A DNA stretch of 24,000 nt from Dellaglioa kimchii (lineage in GTDB: Bacteria; Bacillota; Bacilli; Lactobacillales; Lactobacillaceae): assembly GCF_046115505.1 (NCBI RefSeq), contig NZ_CP170737.1:15908-39907 (forward strand), in the 5' to 3' direction. Positions 22,654 to 24,000 of the stretch are shown here, piece by piece. Position 1 is the stretch's first letter, and each line of letters starts with the position of its first letter. The translations under genes and the position numbers were made by a program. The notes beneath the pieces are model-generated. The model was not told the DNA's origin, did no database searches, and saw only the letters and a program-made list of their open reading frames with translations.

Positions 22654-23298
22654 TTATTCTGTTATTTTATTCCAATCATAGTGACTTGAATTTAAACTAA
22701 CTGCGTCAAAACCATTTCTATTTAAGATCTGTGTGGCAATGTTGGAATTAGCACATAGTCTTCCGCGGCAATAAACAATAATCTTTTGATCTTTAGGTAA
22801 TTTGGGCATTGATTCTTTTAATGTTTCCAATGGGACATTAATTGCCGATTGTATGTGGCCTGCTGCATATTCATCAGAAGGTCGTACATCAAGGACAAAG
22901 CTATTTTCGTATTCTTCTTGAGCTTGCTTTAAGGAAATGGTTTTAACGTTATCTTGAGCGTCTGATTTATCCTGAATTGTTTTCATATCTGAAAGTTCAC
23001 TGTTGCCAATATCGGTTAATAGGTGCACAAGATCACTAATTTTGGGAGAACTAAGGCTATAAATAATATGATTGCCTTTTCGTTTTGTTTTAACCAGATG
23101 ACTGTCCTTCAATATTTGTAGATGGCGTGAGGCGTTAGCTACACTTATTCCGACCCCGTTGGCAATAGTTTCAACTGATTTGGGTGCTTGAGTTAAAAGA
23201 TCAAGAATTTCTAATCGTCGATCACTGCTTAGCCCCTTACCAATTTTAGATAGTTCTTTATATAGTCCATTTTTGTAGTTAACTGCTTGTTCAAACAT
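22654..23298 (-). CDS. ArsR-family HTH fused to a C-terminal rhodanese domain, 214 aa
   Basis: The N-terminal half is DRRLEILDLLTQAPKSVETIANGVGISVANASRHLQILKDSHLV (ArsR HTH). The C-terminal half is FVLDVRPSDEYAAGHIQSAINVP...IIVYCRGRLCANS (rhodanese active-site loop CRGRLC). Confidence 0.8.
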   Translation of the reverse strand: MFEQAVNYKNGLYKELSKIGKGLSSDRRLEILDLLTQAPKSVETIANGVGISVANASRHLQILKDSHLVKTKRKGNHIIYSLSSPKISDLVHLLTDIGNSELSDMKTIQDKSDAQDNVKTISLKQAQEEYENSFVLDVRPSDEYAAGHIQSAINVPLETLKESMPKLPKDQKIIVYCRGRLCANSNIATQILNRNGFDAVSLNSSHYDWNKITE

Positions 23299-23313
23299 TT
23301 TCTTTTCACCTTT

Positions 23314-23337
23314 TCAACTATTTTGTTGAATAGTTTA
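23314..23337. promoter_or_regulatory. inverted repeat TCAACTATT-ttgttg-AATAGTTTA just upstream of the ArsR-rhodanese start
   Basis: The arms match at 8/9. It lies 16-39 nt upstream of ATG 23298 and shares the AATAGTT half-site with 22565-22574. Confidence 0.3.
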
Positions 23338-23614
23338 CCAGTTTTCCTATGAAATTGAAATTCAATATTATTAGTTAATAAATTAATGGGCCTTGTCTCT
23401 TTAGATTTAGGAGTCATCCTGTAATATTGCCCCTAAATGAGTCTATCTCCCAATGCTTTTGATAGAAGCTCCTATAATCAAAACTAGATTATCGTGACTT
23501 CAGAGCCATTTATTCAGATTTAATTTTGATTTTTAAACGTCTGGAGTTATAAAAAATACTGATACCACAATGACTTTACTATCTTGTTTGACACATACTT
23601 CATTATTTTAATAG

Positions 23615-24000
23615 TTAATTTTTATTAGAATTAACCGATTCTTGTATTTTCTCAAATAGTTTATTGGATTTAGTTAAAGTAGCTGGAGCTTGAGAATTTA
23701 AATCATCAGATTGAGCTATAGTATCTTTAATTAATGCAATGGCTTGTTTAATAGCGTCATCTGTATTTAATTTGTTATTAACATTTTGAATGTTGGTAAC
23801 TGTATTTAGCATGAGAATATCGCCAGTATTTAAAAATGAATATAGATCAGAATTATATGTTTCCTTAGGTATGTCTAAATAATCAGAAAACTCATGATTA
23901 TTAATGTTTCTTCGATTTCTTCGATACTTAGTAATTACTGATGCGATTTTTCTATACACTTTATCAGAATCAATCACCTTTTTTGCCGAAATATCTTTGA
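23615..24000 (-). CDS. hypothetical protein, possibly XRE-like HTH, probably continuing beyond the 3' window edge
   Basis: The frame is open to position 24000, and the tracked GTG 23977 lies inside an AAGGTG string. The segment IASVITKYRRNRRNINNHEFSDYLDIPKETYNS is loosely HTH-like. No family could be assigned. Confidence 0.3.
   Translation of the reverse strand, partial: KDISAKKVIDSDKVYRKIASVITKYRRNRRNINNHEFSDYLDIPKETYNSDLYSFLNTGDILMLNTVTNIQNVNNKLNTDDAIKQAIALIKDTIAQSDDLNSQAPATLTKSNKLFEKIQESVNSNKN

Noticed and set aside
1-24000. CRISPR arrays, tRNA or rRNA genes, long tandem repeats
   Set aside because: Reading both strands revealed no regularly spaced direct repeats, cloverleaf-like segments or rRNA-like conserved blocks. 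The only phased repeat is the 3 x 12-bp AGTACAA operator at 17454-17484.

Overview
AT-rich, mosaic accessory DNA from a low-GC Firmicute. Protein signatures and Shine-Dalgarno sites look like Lactobacillales, and the region is most likely a plasmid or island. I saw no rRNA, tRNA or CRISPR array. In order, the window contains: (1) a decayed lgt 3' part; (2) an HMA (CopZ-like) gene and a P1B ATPase with an unusual CPG motif, each behind a promoter carrying the same FNR/FLP-type box; (3) a Fur-family regulator, a Dyp-type peroxidase and a frameshifted NOX/FRE-type bis-haem flavocytochrome; (4) a frameshifted pyrimidine-dimer glycosylase-like gene; (5) an orphan thioredoxin-coupled arsC; (6) a HigBA-like TA pair; (7) a small tyrosine recombinase; (8) three copies of an IS1380-type terminal repeat around a VIT-family transporter, next to a decayed IS1380-family transposase; (9) an FLP (FNR-like) regulator; (10) a ToxN/AbiQ-like type III toxin with no visible antitoxin RNA repeats; (11) an ArsR/SmtB alpha5-site regulator, a 12-12 operator and a His-rich SPC-type P1B-4 ATPase; (12) a second small recombinase; (13) an IS3-family element with an A7 slippery site; (14) a YefM/YafQ-like TA pair; (15) a minus-strand thiol-redox island. 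The island holds an ArsR-rhodanese regulator, three thioredoxin-fold genes, a racemase remnant, trxB, a DsbA/FrnE-like gene, a 43-aa CGPDGC peptide absent from the ORF track, and a glutathione-reductase-like flavoprotein. The best non-genic signals are these. The two FNR-type boxes are placed identically, 36 bp upstream of their -10 hexamers. A ~105-bp imperfect inverted repeat with a compensatory stem change lies 3' of both type II TA operons and brackets 10.3 kb. The IS1380-type ends suggest an ISEcp1-style capture of the VIT gene. At least seven genes carry frame disruptions, so decay and sequencing error need to be told apart.
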